Below are positions 26,956 to 40,462 of a stretch of 64,000 nt of DNA, one piece after another. The notes below the pieces were generated by a model that worked only from the letters and a program-made list of their open reading frames with translations, made no database searches and was not told the origin of the DNA. The DNA comes from Adineta vaga (Eukaryota > Animalia > Rotifera): positions 10,168,001 through 10,232,000 of the forward strand of contig CP075496.1 of assembly GCA_021613535.1 (NCBI GenBank), given 5' to 3'. Position 1 is the stretch's first letter. Each line of letters opens with the position of its first letter. A program made the translations under genes and the position numbers.

Positions 26956-27290
26956 TCATTTACTTTTCAGTTCTTTTGTTACATAAATAATCGTTAAAAT
27001 AATGTATATAATACTTATGAAAATAAGAATAGCGTTTCCATGGATAGTCGTTTTTTCAGTAGATAAATGAATAAGAACTAATGTAAGTTGACCAATAAAT
27101 TCGAATAGAAATCCTATTAACCAAACAATTGTAATTGCATAACATGAATGACGAAAAGACGGACAGTCTGTATAAATCCATTCATAAACTTCTGATATCT
27201 CTTGTTTATCAAATACTTTTCATGATGGAATACCGTTTTCTGTTTGTGCATCGGTTGAGTTTGATTGATTTTCAATTAATGATTTATAAT
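26956..27290 (-). pseudogene. 3' remnant of a fourth VC0807-like gene
   Basis: Minus-strand translation ..ENGIPS*KVFDKQEISEVYEWIYTDCPSFRHSCYAITIVWLIGFLFEFIGQLTLVLIHLSTEKTTIHGNAIL..YVTKELKSK* aligns to the C-terminal part of copies 1-3. In-frame TGA at 27222-27220; no recognisable 5' part. Not in the ORF track. Confidence 0.85.
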
Positions 27291-28752
27291 CGTAAACTAT
27301 TTACAATGAAACTATTTGTGAAAAAATGCCATATATACACATTTCATAGAATTCTATACATCCGTCTACATTTCTAAAACTGTTGATGCATAATACTATA
27401 TTCTCTCAGGCATGTTTTTCAATATGAATATTTCTGCACTAATTATCCTATATCTTTTTGCAATTAGTAACAAGTTTCGCCTATTTCCTGACTTTCGATC
27501 TTATGTCGCTAACTTATAACCTTTCTCGTGGGTGTATTTATCAACGATCATCACATATTCAACTAAAAGACAATCTTTGATTCATGTGACAATTCGATCA
27601 AAATGGAAAAATATTTGTTTGAAATAGTATATAAATATCAAGATACTCTCTCGATAAGAAACAAGCTACTATCATGTATCTGATTCGATTGTGATGAATA
27701 AAAGCGATTTATGCAAATAATTACATAAGATCTAGTTTGAAGCTGAAAAGAACTTTAGATTCTGCACACCATTCTAAAATTAATAATTAAAACCTTTGAA
27801 AAATGAAATCTATTGTTTGAATTCTTTTTATTTCTTTACAAAGACAGCTGAAACATTTTTTATGCAGGAACTGGAAATAATAGTTTCATTATATTAATAA
27901 GATGCATCTTTCATTTTCAAAAGAAACTCTTTTTCTCATAGATTTTATTAGCATTGTTATATATATATATACTATCGTTCAAGATAGTCGAACTTAAATC
28001 ATAAAAATAAGCAAATTTAGGTAATTTCTTCTAACAATTAAAATATGCTTTTCTTTGATATGTTGACAGTATTCAAAAGAGTTGTTCAAATCTATTAATG
28101 GGACACGAGTTACTTCGGGTCTGACTTTTGGTTTCTTTTTCATCATTTAAAGTAAACAGTTTACTTAAAAACTTCTGATCGAATTGAGCTAATACACTCA
28201 CTTTTTTTGCATAATGTAAAAGAAACACGGTGTATTCATGCAGTATTTTTATAAACGTATTACTTTTGTTACAAGATCTTCGGATTTTCTTAATACTAAT
28301 ACTGCAACAATATTCTGAAAGAATTTTATTTTAGTTTCTATTTCTATCTGTAAGATTTGGAACGTGAAAATACACATCTCAATGTCGTATTTTTGTTATT
28401 GTCTTTGAATAATCAACAATAATTCATTTTAATTTTTTATATTAATCATATATATGTCACTTTTTCTGTCGATCATTGGTTTATTGAGATCATCAGCATC
28501 TTAATTAAGTTCGTAGGACATTTTGACTTTATTTTCTCATTTTCACAACTGAACTTTTTTGTATCTTCGAACTGATTGAAGCGTAAGTTTTGTCTCTAAT
28601 ATAACATATCCGTTGATGCATATAGAAAAAAAGTTTAATTACTTCCGTATACATATAAAACTTACATTTATTTGCGAAAGAACAAGAAAAATCTAAGATC
28701 TATTCGTGTTTTGACAACGATTATTTCATTAGATAAATTTTTTTCAGTCTGG

Positions 28753-29789
28753 ATGTCGACATCAATAATTCAAACACTTACATTTATTGGTCAAGAAATA
28801 ACTATTATCTGTGGAACACTTTTATTTATTGCTGGAATATTTGGTGGAATCTTTCTTACGATTGTTTTACTAAGTTTTCGAACATTTCGACAAAGTTCTT
28901 GTGCATTTTATATAACTATAATGTCAATTGTTAATATTGGTCAATTAATGACTGGTCTACTATCACGTTTAATGATCAGTGGATTTGCTCTTGATTGGAC
29001 TGAAACAACCTTGTTTTATTGTAGAGTCCGAATATATCTTGCGACAGTATGTGCACAAACATCATCGACATGTTTATGTTTAGCTGTTATTGATCAATAT
29101 TTTGCAACTTGTTCTCGTCCACAATGGCAACAATGGAGTAATATTAAAATAGCGCATCGTTTAATCATATGTTTCATTTCTTTTTGGATTCTAATTGATA
29201 TTCCATATATAGTATTTTACAATCAAGTCTATTCTGTTACTGCAAATAAAATGACTTGTATTGTTACAAATCCAATGTTTATCCAATATCGAATTTATTT
29301 TATGGCACCTGTTCTTTTAGGATTTCTTCCCGTTTGTATTGCATCAACTTTTGGTATTATGGCTTATCAAAATGTTCAAAGTTTAACTTATCGTACAGTG
29401 CCACTTGTTCGACGAGAATTAGATAAACAATTAACTAATATTGTTCTTGTACAAATTCCATTTCTTATTCTTTCAATTGTACCCTATACAGTTATGAATA
29501 TTCTTACATCATATCAGAATCTCGCTAGTGATCGAATCTTATGGACATATATACAATTTGCTTCGACAATATCACTTATATTATTTTATGTGTGTTATTG
29601 TGTAAGTATTTCAATAAATAGTAAAGAATAACATATGATATGTGTATCTTTTAGAGTCCATTTTATGTTTGCATTTCCGTATCGGAACGATTTCGTCGAC
29701 AAGTGCTCTTTGTTTTGAGTAATACTTTCTGTATAAAATTATCTCAATTAAATACACAACCTACAAACCAAATCGTACCGAAACCCTAA
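28753..29789 (+). CDS. Rhodopsin-like 7TM GPCR, 2 exons (28753-29601, 29655-29789)
   Basis: 7 hydrophobic segments, LAVIDQY, VRRELDKQLT; last exon SPFYVCISVSERFRRQ. Confidence 0.88.
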
Positions 29790-31409
29790 ATAAATGTCAC
29801 ATGTAACTAGAAAGTGGTGTGTTTTTGTTTTTATTATATAATATATATATTCGACAGAAAGAACTGATTAGGAATAAAGAATTAATGCACGATGAGACGT
29901 CGCCTGTCTATAGATGTGAGTATTGTTACGTGACTTATGTTGCTAAAATCCATACTTTGCCGCTCGTGCCAATTTTTATCATCTCATATAAAAGTACCGA
30001 AAATATCAAAGAACAAAATTATTCATATATGATTTATAATTAATTATTCTATAAATAGTAGTCGATTATTTTTCGACAGAAATGAAAAGTAGGTTGATAG
30101 TATTAAAAGATAAAATCCATACCTATCAATTTTTCCTTCTCTTACTTCGACTAGAAAACAAGTTTTTAGTCGATATAGTATTAGTTATGCTACAATACAA
30201 AGTAATGTATTTACTCGATTACTGGTATAGAAAGAAGGAAATTTCTTTGACAATAAATGTCCGAAAAAAACTTTTTATATAACTTAGAAAATGTTCTTTC
30301 TATTTTTGTACGAAATTATGGATAAATCAATTTATCTTTGCTTGACAGAATATTAAATAAAAATATTAGATTTAATCAGATTTCTATAATAACTAAAGCT
30401 GAAAACAATGAGAGAAAATATGATTATTTACGTTAGATGACGCATGAATATGACATGAAAAGAGAATAATTGCGTTTCTTAAATTGATGATAAAAATAGA
30501 ACATGAAAGTTTTAGGGAATTTTTCGCCTGATTATAAATGTGTCACTACAACAAGATGCACTTGAAATCAAGAACTATATAAAAAGTGGTTCAATAAGTT
30601 CTGGAGATAAGATGATAGTTTGTGATTGATTTTGTTTTGGATAACAATTGTCATTATACATCTAAAATTCGAATACATAATTCGTCCATAGTTTTACTGA
30701 TCAAGAGAAGAATATTCTATGATTTTGACAATACTCTTTGAGATTCAAAGTATGAATGTCCATTTAGCTTTTAACCTAGTTATTTTCCTTGTCGTTATTT
30801 CAAGAAAATCAAAAATGATCCGTGTAATCATTATGGATAATTAAAGTGCCTTGAAATATAATTAAAACATCGCTGATCTACATGATCGAAATTTTCACAG
30901 TCAAAGTTATAAGACTATAATTACATTTGATATATTTATCTAAACATGTGCAGCGCAACCTAGTCTAGCACAATTTTTTCTAGAACAAGTGTCTTGAAAA
31001 ACTGCTCTTGTCATTGTTTTGATGAATATTCAATTATTTAGATGGCCTCACACTTGCTTCAGTCTATTTTTGTTGCATGTGTGAAAATTTGATTAAAGTT
31101 GAACTGACTTCTCATAAATACGCATATTAAATCACAATTAATATAATATGATGTAAATTACCATTGATTTTCTTCTTTCGATTACAGATGAAAACAGTAC
31201 ATTGATATCGTATTTCTAAGTAGTACATTTCAAAAAAGTTCATCATGAATGTACTCATATAATTTATAAATTTCTTCCACGTCTATTATGTATTTTTATC
31301 TGACTTACTATGTCAAAAGATTACAATTTTTTGTGCTAATTAAATACGATAAGAAGTGACATTTTTTAGAACAGATTCTTTCGTTTCTTTTACTTCTCAT
31401 TAAAATCTC

Positions 31410-32393
31410 ATGTCTGCCATCGGTATTTTAACTTCTATGTTAAATGATGCTCAAAGGAATCTATTTCATTTCGGTGGTCTAATATTAATGTTTATTAGTA
31501 CATTTGGTTGTTTATGTAATTTAATCGTTTTTCTTCAACCACATCTTCGTAAAAATCCATGTACAATGTGTTTTATTGCATTGAATGTAATTCATATTCT
31601 GTATACAATCTTCTCTTTAATACCTGCTATACTTCAACTTGGATACCAAATCGATCCAAGTGCATCAAATTTAGTTTTCTGTCGTCTTCGTTATTATTTA
31701 GCTTTTGTACTTTCATCTCTCGAACGATTTTGTTTGATTCTCGCATCGATTGATCGTGCTTTGGCTACTTCATCAACATTCGCTATACGAAAATGGAGTA
31801 ATTCATATACTGTAGGTATTTGTATTATTAGTTTGACTCTATTCTGGTCTTTATTTCATATTCACGCTTTGATTTATACAAATATTCTTCAATATGGATC
31901 CAACATTTTCCTATGTGCTTCCGATCTTGGAATGTATACTGTATTTGTGACTTATTATTCATTAGTATTCAATGGTATGCTACCACCATTGACAATGATT
32001 ATATTTGGAATATTAACAATGAGAAATATTCATCGCGTACGACGATTAGGTATTGTTGTAGATATCACGACAAATGTAAGACGAACGCAGCCACAAGCAA
32101 GAGTTTTTAATAAAAAAGAGCGACAAATGGCAATCATGTTATTATCAGAATTATTCATTTATATTATTTTTAGTTGCATGAGTCCAATAATTCTCTTATA
32201 TCGACTGATCACTCAATATCAACCGAAAAGTCTTGAAATGCAAATGATTGAACAATTTATTTCAAGTATTATTGTCTTTATTCTTTTTATTCCATATTCA
32301 ATCAATTTTTATCTTAATATCATGGCTTCTAAAACATTTCGAAAAGAAATCCTGAAGATTTTCTATTGGATCAAAATAAAAATTCATCATTAA
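31410..32393 (+). CDS. Rhodopsin-like 7TM GPCR, intronless
   Basis: LRKNPC, FCRLRYY, LASIDR, NFYLNIMASKTFR. Confidence 0.88.
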   Translation: MSAIGILTSMLNDAQRNLFHFGGLILMFISTFGCLCNLIVFLQPHLRKNPCTMCFIALNVIHILYTIFSLIPAILQLGYQIDPSASNLVFCRLRYYLAFVLSSLERFCLILASIDRALATSSTFAIRKWSNSYTVGICIISLTLFWSLFHIHALIYTNILQYGSNIFLCASDLGMYTVFVTYYSLVFNGMLPPLTMIIFGILTMRNIHRVRRLGIVVDITTNVRRTQPQARVFNKKERQMAIMLLSELFIYIIFSCMSPIILLYRLITQYQPKSLEMQMIEQFISSIIVFILFIPYSINFYLNIMASKTFRKEILKIFYWIKIKIHH

Positions 32394-33153
32394 CAACGTT
32401 CATTTGTTCTTGATATTTGTAAACGAATAAGAACTTTTTCTTTCAACATTTTCTATGACCTTCTCTCGTCATAAAGCACTCTCACACGAAGATCAAAGAT
32501 AATCGTTTGCTTCTTTAAACAAGTGATCGTTTGGTCAGTTTGTTTATTTAAATATATATATATATATGTATAAAGAGAAAGATTTTACGGCAATAAATGC
32601 CAACAACACGCCTCTTCACTTGTTATTTGTCACATCATCTCATATCTTAGTTTGCTGTTCTTTCTTTTTTTCCTTCGCACGTACAATGAGAAAGAAATAT
32701 GTGTGCGGTTCACATCATCACGTGAAAATCTTTTGATTCACTAGCGGTAAATCGGACAAATATATTTATTTGATCACACTGATCACGACGATGATGATCA
32801 TCATGATGACGATGATGCATCTCAAAACAAATATAAACATAATAAAACAAATGAAGAAAATAATAGATCGAACTGCACCTGTCTTTGACCTTTCTTCACT
32901 TTAGTTCAATGATTGTTAATCTTTACTCGATTGTTATTGTTCTTAATCTCTAATCTTTTGTTTTTCACATCTTCCTATCAAGACACATCTCAAGCTTTTT
33001 GTCAATAGCAAATTACATTGTAATAATAGTAAATACTTTTCACATTTCAATTTTATTTTTCTTGTTAAATAAACACGCACATACGGACGAGTAATGAGAA
33101 AAAACAAAAAAAGAACTTATGAACAAGATAGGAAACGAGGAAAAAAAGAAGTT

Positions 33154-34928
33154 TTAATATTGCCCAACATCCGTTGTTGTTAATAGATTTGCATGTTCTT
33201 TCGGAGGTGATGATGATGATGTTGAATGATTACTTAAATTTGGTAGAATTGCTACCGGTTGTTGTATATGTAGAAAAGATGGACTCAATGGTGATGAAGT
33301 TGTTGTTCCATTATTCAATGGACACGTTAATGGTGCCATGAAAGAATGATGTGATGCTGGTGATGGTGTTGCTGTATATGGGAAATAATATGAAGCAGGA
33401 TTTGAATAATATGTATTAGAATAATAGGCAGCTGCTGCGGCTGTATTTGGTGAGAGTGGTGATGATGATGATGAACATGGAATGCTTGCTGGTGTTGTTG
33501 GCGTATAGAATAATGTTGAATCGAACGGTGATGTTGATGATGATGGATATGGATCAAGTTTTGCGTGAAAAACTAAAAAGAAAAATCAGAAGAGAAGTTT
33601 AATGGTCTGTCTTTTCCGGGTTTTTTTTTGTTAATGTGTCATCATTCCGGAATAGCACATTAGAAGATTGGTGTTAGTTTCTTTGATGACAATTTGTGTG
33701 ATGTTTAAGAACACAGTTGTTGTTTTATCAAAGTAAATACAGGAAATGAAAAAAAAAGAGAAAATCTTACCATCCGTTGGTGAAGATTTTCGTTGTAGTT
33801 GAGAATAAGGATACGGTGATGTACGATATGATTGAAGTTTAAATCTTTCAGGTCCATTTGTATTCATTGGTGATGATTGATGAGAGAAAAACATTGAATG
33901 ATGTGCGAATGGTGAAACATAATTGTTCCCATTTGTAGTTTGTTCTTCTAACATCATCATCTCTCGATCTTCTCTTGAAATAAGAATGAAAAGAAATATT
34001 TATTCTAACATAAAATCATCACCTTATTCTTTCTTCTTACCGTTTATTGTTTCCAGTATCGAGAAATGCCTTAGCAAATGGATTGTATTTAATTTTCAAT
34101 GATGTTACCTGAAACATAAACATTCCTATAAATGATCAAACAAGCGATAAAATATAGAACTCTTTACATCTTCATTTTGATAAGCAGTTACAGCAATGAA
34201 TTCTGTTTCAGCAAAACTTGTTTCATAGATTTTCGTTTTTAACATTACATCAATAATGGAAATTTTCGGTTTATATTTATGAAGTGAATTGAGAACAACC
34301 TAAATGATTTAAGTCATATAGTTTCAAAATCTTTCTTTTTAATATTCAATTTCTTACTTGACATGGACCTGTTTGATTTGTTTTATTTGTCAATTTAACT
34401 TTGGAAAATGAAACTATATCACGCATCCATGTTTCACCATAATTTGGTGAATCAGGATGTTGATAAGGTGCTCGTTGTATAGGTGGATCTGGTTTCGTAC
34501 CTGGTTGCCATTGACCACTGACATAACGCCAACGATGTGAATCAATTTGATCAAATGATAATTCTACCGTATACATTTTTTCTGGTTCTAAACCACGAAT
34601 ACTAATCGCGACGATTGGAAACATTCGACGACCAGCTTTGGTTACACTACAGATGCATTTTTCTTTTAAAAAATCAACGAATTCATACAAAAGGACTTAC
34701 ATCATTTCATTGGTTAAATTATGGAATCGTTTCCATAAATCAATATTCTGTAGTGTTACACTAATGTTTTCTCGGTTATATTCTGGCTTCATAAGGTATT
34801 GAGGGTGTGGATGCTGGTACTATAATCGAGTATGTGCGAAATTTAACAAAGTAAGACATGAGGAAGAAAAAAATCAAAGCTACCTTTCCATGTTGATGAT
34901 GAACTGGATGTTGCTGTGCTTGTTGCAT
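33154..34928 (-). CDS. Bra: Brachyury-like T-box transcription factor, paralog 1 (multi-exon)
   Basis: Spliced T-box [87 protein letters not shown] and KYNPFAKAFLD are Brachyury-type; RTSPYP resembles the Brachyury C-terminal RSSPYP motif. Confidence 0.85.
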
Positions 34929-35099
34929 TGTATGAATCTATTCTTCGATTTTCAAGTCACACAAAAGTGAGAGATTCGAATTCTGACTTCCGACAAATGC
35001 ATGCGACATTTTTTTCTCTCCAACTGATTTTTTTTCTTTCGACCAATAGGATAAGTATTCGCTTCTTTCTCTCTCGTTTAAATGAGAAAAAGAATGCGT

Positions 35100-35111
35100 A
35101 ACCAATCAGAA
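35100..35111. promoter_or_regulatory. CCAAT (NF-Y) box AACCAATCAGAA upstream of T-box paralog 1
   Basis: Matches the NF-Y consensus; the same 12-mer lies upstream of paralog 2. Confidence 0.5.
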
Positions 35112-36293
35112 TTCATTCGAATTGGTACATTTCTCTTCGTTATTCAAACAAAGAATAAAATATATGCCGTATTAGAGAAAAGCAAACTAGTAAGACTCTA
35201 GAAATCTTACATTAATTTCATCTTTTTGAGAATACTTCTCAGACATATTTATGTATATATCATTCTATCAAATAGCATCTTCTTCAACAGTTATCAATTA
35301 TCATTATTCTTCTAACAAATAACACGAAAATGAAATTTGAATACAATTATACACATATTTTAACTTAAACAGTGGTCGATATTGTTATTCGTCACACATA
35401 CTAATTAGACTGTATGTTCGACGTCAAATTTTTATGACTACGATCGAAGGTAGTAAAATAAGAGAAGAACAAAATCAAGCTGAGATTTTCCCGTCTCTCA
35501 TACATATGTCAATTGATCTACTGTATTCATGAGCCTATCATCACTAACAACATTTCAATTAGAATATGAGATATCCTCTCACTTTGATGCTCAATCTTTC
35601 TCGTTTTCTCTTACTGAGAAATGGAGGTGTTACAACGCCTACACACATACACAGATCAAATTCAAGCATCCTTCGTCTTTCTCTTCTCTCTTTTTTTTAC
35701 AACAGCGACTGGTTGAATCAACATTTCATCAAAGTTGTAAATCGATTATTTGCTACCAGTACCTCTCGTTAACCTTTCTTACATCTTCTAATATTTGTTT
35801 TTATTTCCTTTCGTGTATATACACCAGTATTGAAAGATGACACACGCACACACACATCTAGTGCACTTGACTTCAAAAGACGAAAGATGAAGCTTTTCTC
35901 TCGTTCGTTTGCTTCAAAGACTAAGTGGCATCAAGTCACTTATCATAGAAAAAGATGAGAAAAACAAATTCTTCTGTTAATTTAAAGAATTTAGAAAACA
36001 TCCGGAGTTTAATACTCCGGAAAAGCAAGTGATTAATATTGATTGATATTATGACGGAATGTCTATTGATTTTTCTTTTCTTTCACTTCATAATGTTAAA
36101 TAAATACGACGTAAGCTTCTCTTGTATGAAAGAGGATCAGCAATGCTGATGAACTTTTACGAATCATGACAATTTGTCAATAGAAATTGCAAACATTCTT
36201 AGAAACTCAACATAAACTACTGAAATATTTCACACACATAAAATGATATTTATTGGTAAAAATCAAATCGAATAGAAGTAACAAAAGAATGTT

Positions 36294-37760
36294 CTAAATA
36301 TGATGTGGATGATTATTATCAATTGATGTTTGCAATTGAAATGTTGACCAATTAGCCATAGCTGCTGTATGATGGTGGTGATGTGGAAATGTTGTCGCAG
36401 AATTTGCATAATCAAACATATTCGGTGTTGGTTGATCAACGAGAAGTAATGGTGGTGCTAAAGAACACATAAAATACCTCATAAAATGAAAGGAAATTTT
36501 TTTTAGTAACATACAATTCGATGACATTAAGGAATGATTGTGATGATGGTAATAAGGACGTGCACGATGGAAATTAGCTGACGAACGATGTCGAAGAACT
36601 TGTGATGATGATGTTGCCGAATCGTCAGTAGGAAATGGCAACATATCTGTGAAAAAATCAATAAAAAACAAGTTTTCCTTTTTTTCTCGTTCAACTGATG
36701 GAAGATCAAAGATGAAAAAACAAGTAAAGAGAAGGTGTTAGGAAATGTTTAACTTACAATAAGGAATAGATGAAAAATGTTGAGTTCGATAATCTGTTTC
36801 ACTTGTTTGTCCTTCATAATCAGTTCTAAATATGAGAAATGATCAAAAAAAAAGTGATTGGAAAGAAAAGATAATTTTACCGATCTCGTGGTTCCTGAAA
36901 AGCCTTTGCAAATGGATTATGTCGAATTTTTAATGCTGTAATCTGAAAATTGAAGAGAAAATTAGATAGAGAAATGATTCTATCATTGACGTGTTTTACT
37001 TCTTCATTCTGATAAGCCGTAACTGCAATAAATGATGTTAATGGAAATGTAAAAGTTTCCAATAAAATATTTGGTTGTCCATTTGATAAAGATTGTAGAA
37101 TATGTATTCTTGGTTTATATTTATGCAGCGAATTCAAAATAATCTATAAAAATTCGAATAAAATAAATGTTTAAAACGAGGATAAGATACTTACATGATC
37201 GTCTTTAACTGGATTTGGTCGGTTGGTTAATTTAACATTTTTGAATTCGATAACATCAGACATCCAAAATCGACCGTAATTAGGTGATTTAGGATGTGAA
37301 TATGGTTCACCTTTCATTGTTACACCATATCGACGATCTTGATTTAAATTTGTAGTATCTTGTTTACCATTTGTTTGCCATTGTCCCGTCACATATCGCC
37401 AACGAAAATTATCGCATGGAATAAAATCAAGTTTAAAATCATATAAAGTTTCAGGATCTAAACCATGAACAGCAACACGAAGAACAGGAAACATTCGTCG
37501 GCCACCTTTGGTTAAACTAACGAAAAAAGTCACAAAACATGTAAAACTACTCTCACATTCATATGAACCATTTCTATTTCTTACATCATTTCTGTACTTA
37601 GAGATTCGAAACGTGACCATAATTCTGTATCTTGTAATTCTAAATGTATAGGTGATGGTTCCGTTCTTGGATAAACTTTAAAAAAATCGAAATAATAATA
37701 ATTTTCAAGAAAAAAAACAAAGAATAAAGAGCAAGAAAAGAATTTACCTGTTTGAAGCAT
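36294..37760 (-). CDS. Divergent Brachyury-like T-box transcription factor, paralog 2 (multi-exon)
   Basis: MLQT|[95 protein letters not shown]-box intron positions match paralog 1. Confidence 0.82.
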
Positions 37761-37878
37761 TCCCTTCTTTTTTGTAATATATGTAATAGCAACAGATCAC
37801 GCCCAAGTGTGGAAAATGGAATAAACTTGTGAGATGATGAAGAAAAGGAGAAATGAAGAGAAAAAATTCGAAGTCATC

Positions 37879-37890
37879 AACCAATCAGAA
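37879..37890. promoter_or_regulatory. CCAAT (NF-Y) box AACCAATCAGAA upstream of T-box paralog 2
   Basis: Identical 12-mer and orientation to 35100-35111. Confidence 0.5.
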
Positions 37891-38487
37891 AACAATCCGC
37901 GAGGAATGAAAGCGAAAAAAAAACATGATGAAAGAGAGAGAATCAGAGAGTATCGTACTTTTCGTTACGCATCTGGCACAGAGAAAAGTTTATCAATATA
38001 AAACTTGATTAAAAGACAATCATTTGAATGAATTTGACTTTGATCCATTATTCGCCGTTACTAGACTGATTTTTAAATGGTCTTACTCCATGAAATCATT
38101 TTCTCTACACTGAACGGAAAAATTTGTCTTCTCCATGGAAATACTGAAATAGTACAAAATAGTCATACAGTTTGTTTTATCGATTGTAAAATGATTTATA
38201 AATTGTGAAATATGCGATTTTCCGAGATGTCTTGATTTTTCTATCGAATATTTAAAGTCTATCGAAATGTTATATCATCTTACATCAACTTGTTAACTAA
38301 AATTCTTTTGTAAGTAGTTGCGAACGAATGAACGATTCTCAACTTACAAAATAATCATATCGTATTAGTAGGTAGTGATACTTATACTTAGATGGAAATA
38401 TTACATAATAACAAGGAAGATTTCTCATTGACATAAGTTTTGTTTTATTTGTTTAGAAAATTAACAACTTAACATTTAAGAAAGATT

Positions 38488-40462
38488 TCATAGTTTTGAT
38501 GAAATTTGATGTATAAGTTTTTCAATTTGCATTACATCAGAATGTGTTGATGGAAACAATTGACGATAGATCGTTGCTGCCTTTTTTATATGAATCAATG
38601 CTTGTTGATAATCGCCTTTATTTTGATAAATAAATCCAATATTTCGATAAATCATTGCCACATCTGAATAACACGATGGAAGAAACTTTTTGAATATCTC
38701 CATAGATGAATTATAATGTTCCAATGCTAAATCATAATGTTTTAATTGATAATGAACATTTCCAATACACGCAAGTGATTGACCTAAACCTATATGTTCG
38801 GTAGTACAATGTTTCTGACGAATATTCCATGCTTTATGATAACATTCTAATGCGTCTGTATATTGTTTTTCTTCTTGATGAATAATTCCTATATTATTCC
38901 AACACATCGCTATATCAGGATGATCCTCCCCAAGTATTTTCTTCCAAATATCTAATGCTTTATTATAAAATTTCAATGCAAGTTTATAATCCCGTTTTTT
39001 CGAATAAACAACAGCTATACTATTATAACTCATAGCAGTATCTGATTCATTGGATTTTAACATTTGAATATCTAATTGTAAGGCTTTGTTATACCATATT
39101 AAACATAAATCATAATCATCTTTCTTCTGAATTATTTCACCTAGTGCATGATAACAACGTGAAAGATCTTCATGATCTTTAGGTAATTGATCAACTAAAT
39201 GATGATAATATCTTTCGGCAGATTGAAACTTTCCCATATCTTCTAAAAGAAATCCAATAGAAAGAACGTTAGTTTCAATAATATTTAAGTCCGTTTTCTT
39301 TTGTTGAATAGTCGATTCGAATGGATGCTGTTTCGATGAATATAACATTAAATGAATATTCCATATACCATCATTATCACGCTCAATATTAATCAAACGA
39401 AAGATTGAACCAATTCGAAAGAGCATTTCTTCTTTAGATGAAGAACTTACTACAAGATTTACACTATCTGTTTGATGACTAAGATTAATTTCAAAAAAGA
39501 CTTTTTCAATATTATCTTCTATAGTCAATGATACGAGAGACGATCGTGTTTGTTCACGATTTGAATTAGCAGATAGAAATATATTCATTGATAGAAATTC
39601 TCCAGAAGAATTTTTTAATAAGTCTACTTCATTTTTCGACATTAATTGAGCTCTATAGACACGTTGACCATTTAAAAATTTGTTTGATTTTAATTGTTCA
39701 ACAATATCACGAATAAACCATCGAAAAAGTAATAATAATTCGATATTTTGTATACGAATAGCCTTATTCAATATTCGATAAAGAAATGAAAAACGAGTAT
39801 ACCACGATAATGATCGTTCAGATCGATAATCTTTTTCAAATTCTTCGATAATAGCTAATTCAGTTGGATTATTTTGATATTGTTGTTTACAGAGAAGAAC
39901 TAATTCATTTCTATCATTTAAACATGAATCCGTATGAATTAAACAATCAATGAAGATCTGTGAATGAATAAAAGATGTATTTATATCAGGAAATAATTGA
40001 ATAGAATTATTCGTCTTTGTATTGAAAATAGTATATGTAAAAATTTCATCAAGTTTACGAAAACATCGTTGATTATAATCCGTGTGAATTCGTCGAATAA
40101 GTTCATCTCGATGAGAAAAGATTCCTTTAATCTAAACAATTGTAAATAAGAATTAGTTTTTATTCAAAGAATTCTTTTACTTTTTTCGATGGTTTTGTCC
40201 GTTGTTCAGTGGATTTCTTTGTATTGTTGGAATAGATATAAATAGAAGTGATTTGTCGAAAAGAAACATATTGTAAGTTTGAACTATCTTTAATAATTAA
40301 GATGACGCGATCATCTTGAGATAATGATTGAATATATTCAAGACATTGTTCTTCATCATCGAATAATAATAAATAATTAATAATTGTTCGAAGTTGTGCT
40401 TGTAATTCTTGATCAATTAAATTACGAAATGAAATGAGATAGAATGTTTCAAGATTGTCCAT
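38488..40462 (-). CDS. ADP-ribosyltransferase-like (R-S-E clade, degenerate) + TPR repeat protein, 2 exons (40462-40181, 40131-38488)
   Basis: WYT..SFLYRILNKA, VYRAQ, FLSANS, FFEI and KEEMLF..GSIFR, followed by kinesin-light-chain-like TPRs (HPDIAMCWNNIG). This architecture is known to be expanded in bdelloids. Confidence 0.82.

Noticed and set aside
33327-33557. His/Gln-rich ORF
   Set aside because: Alternative frame of the last exon of T-box paralog 1.
6102-37760. Emx-Brachyury linkage as an ancient cluster
   Set aside because: About 26 kb of unrelated genes lie between them; cannot be supported without synteny data.
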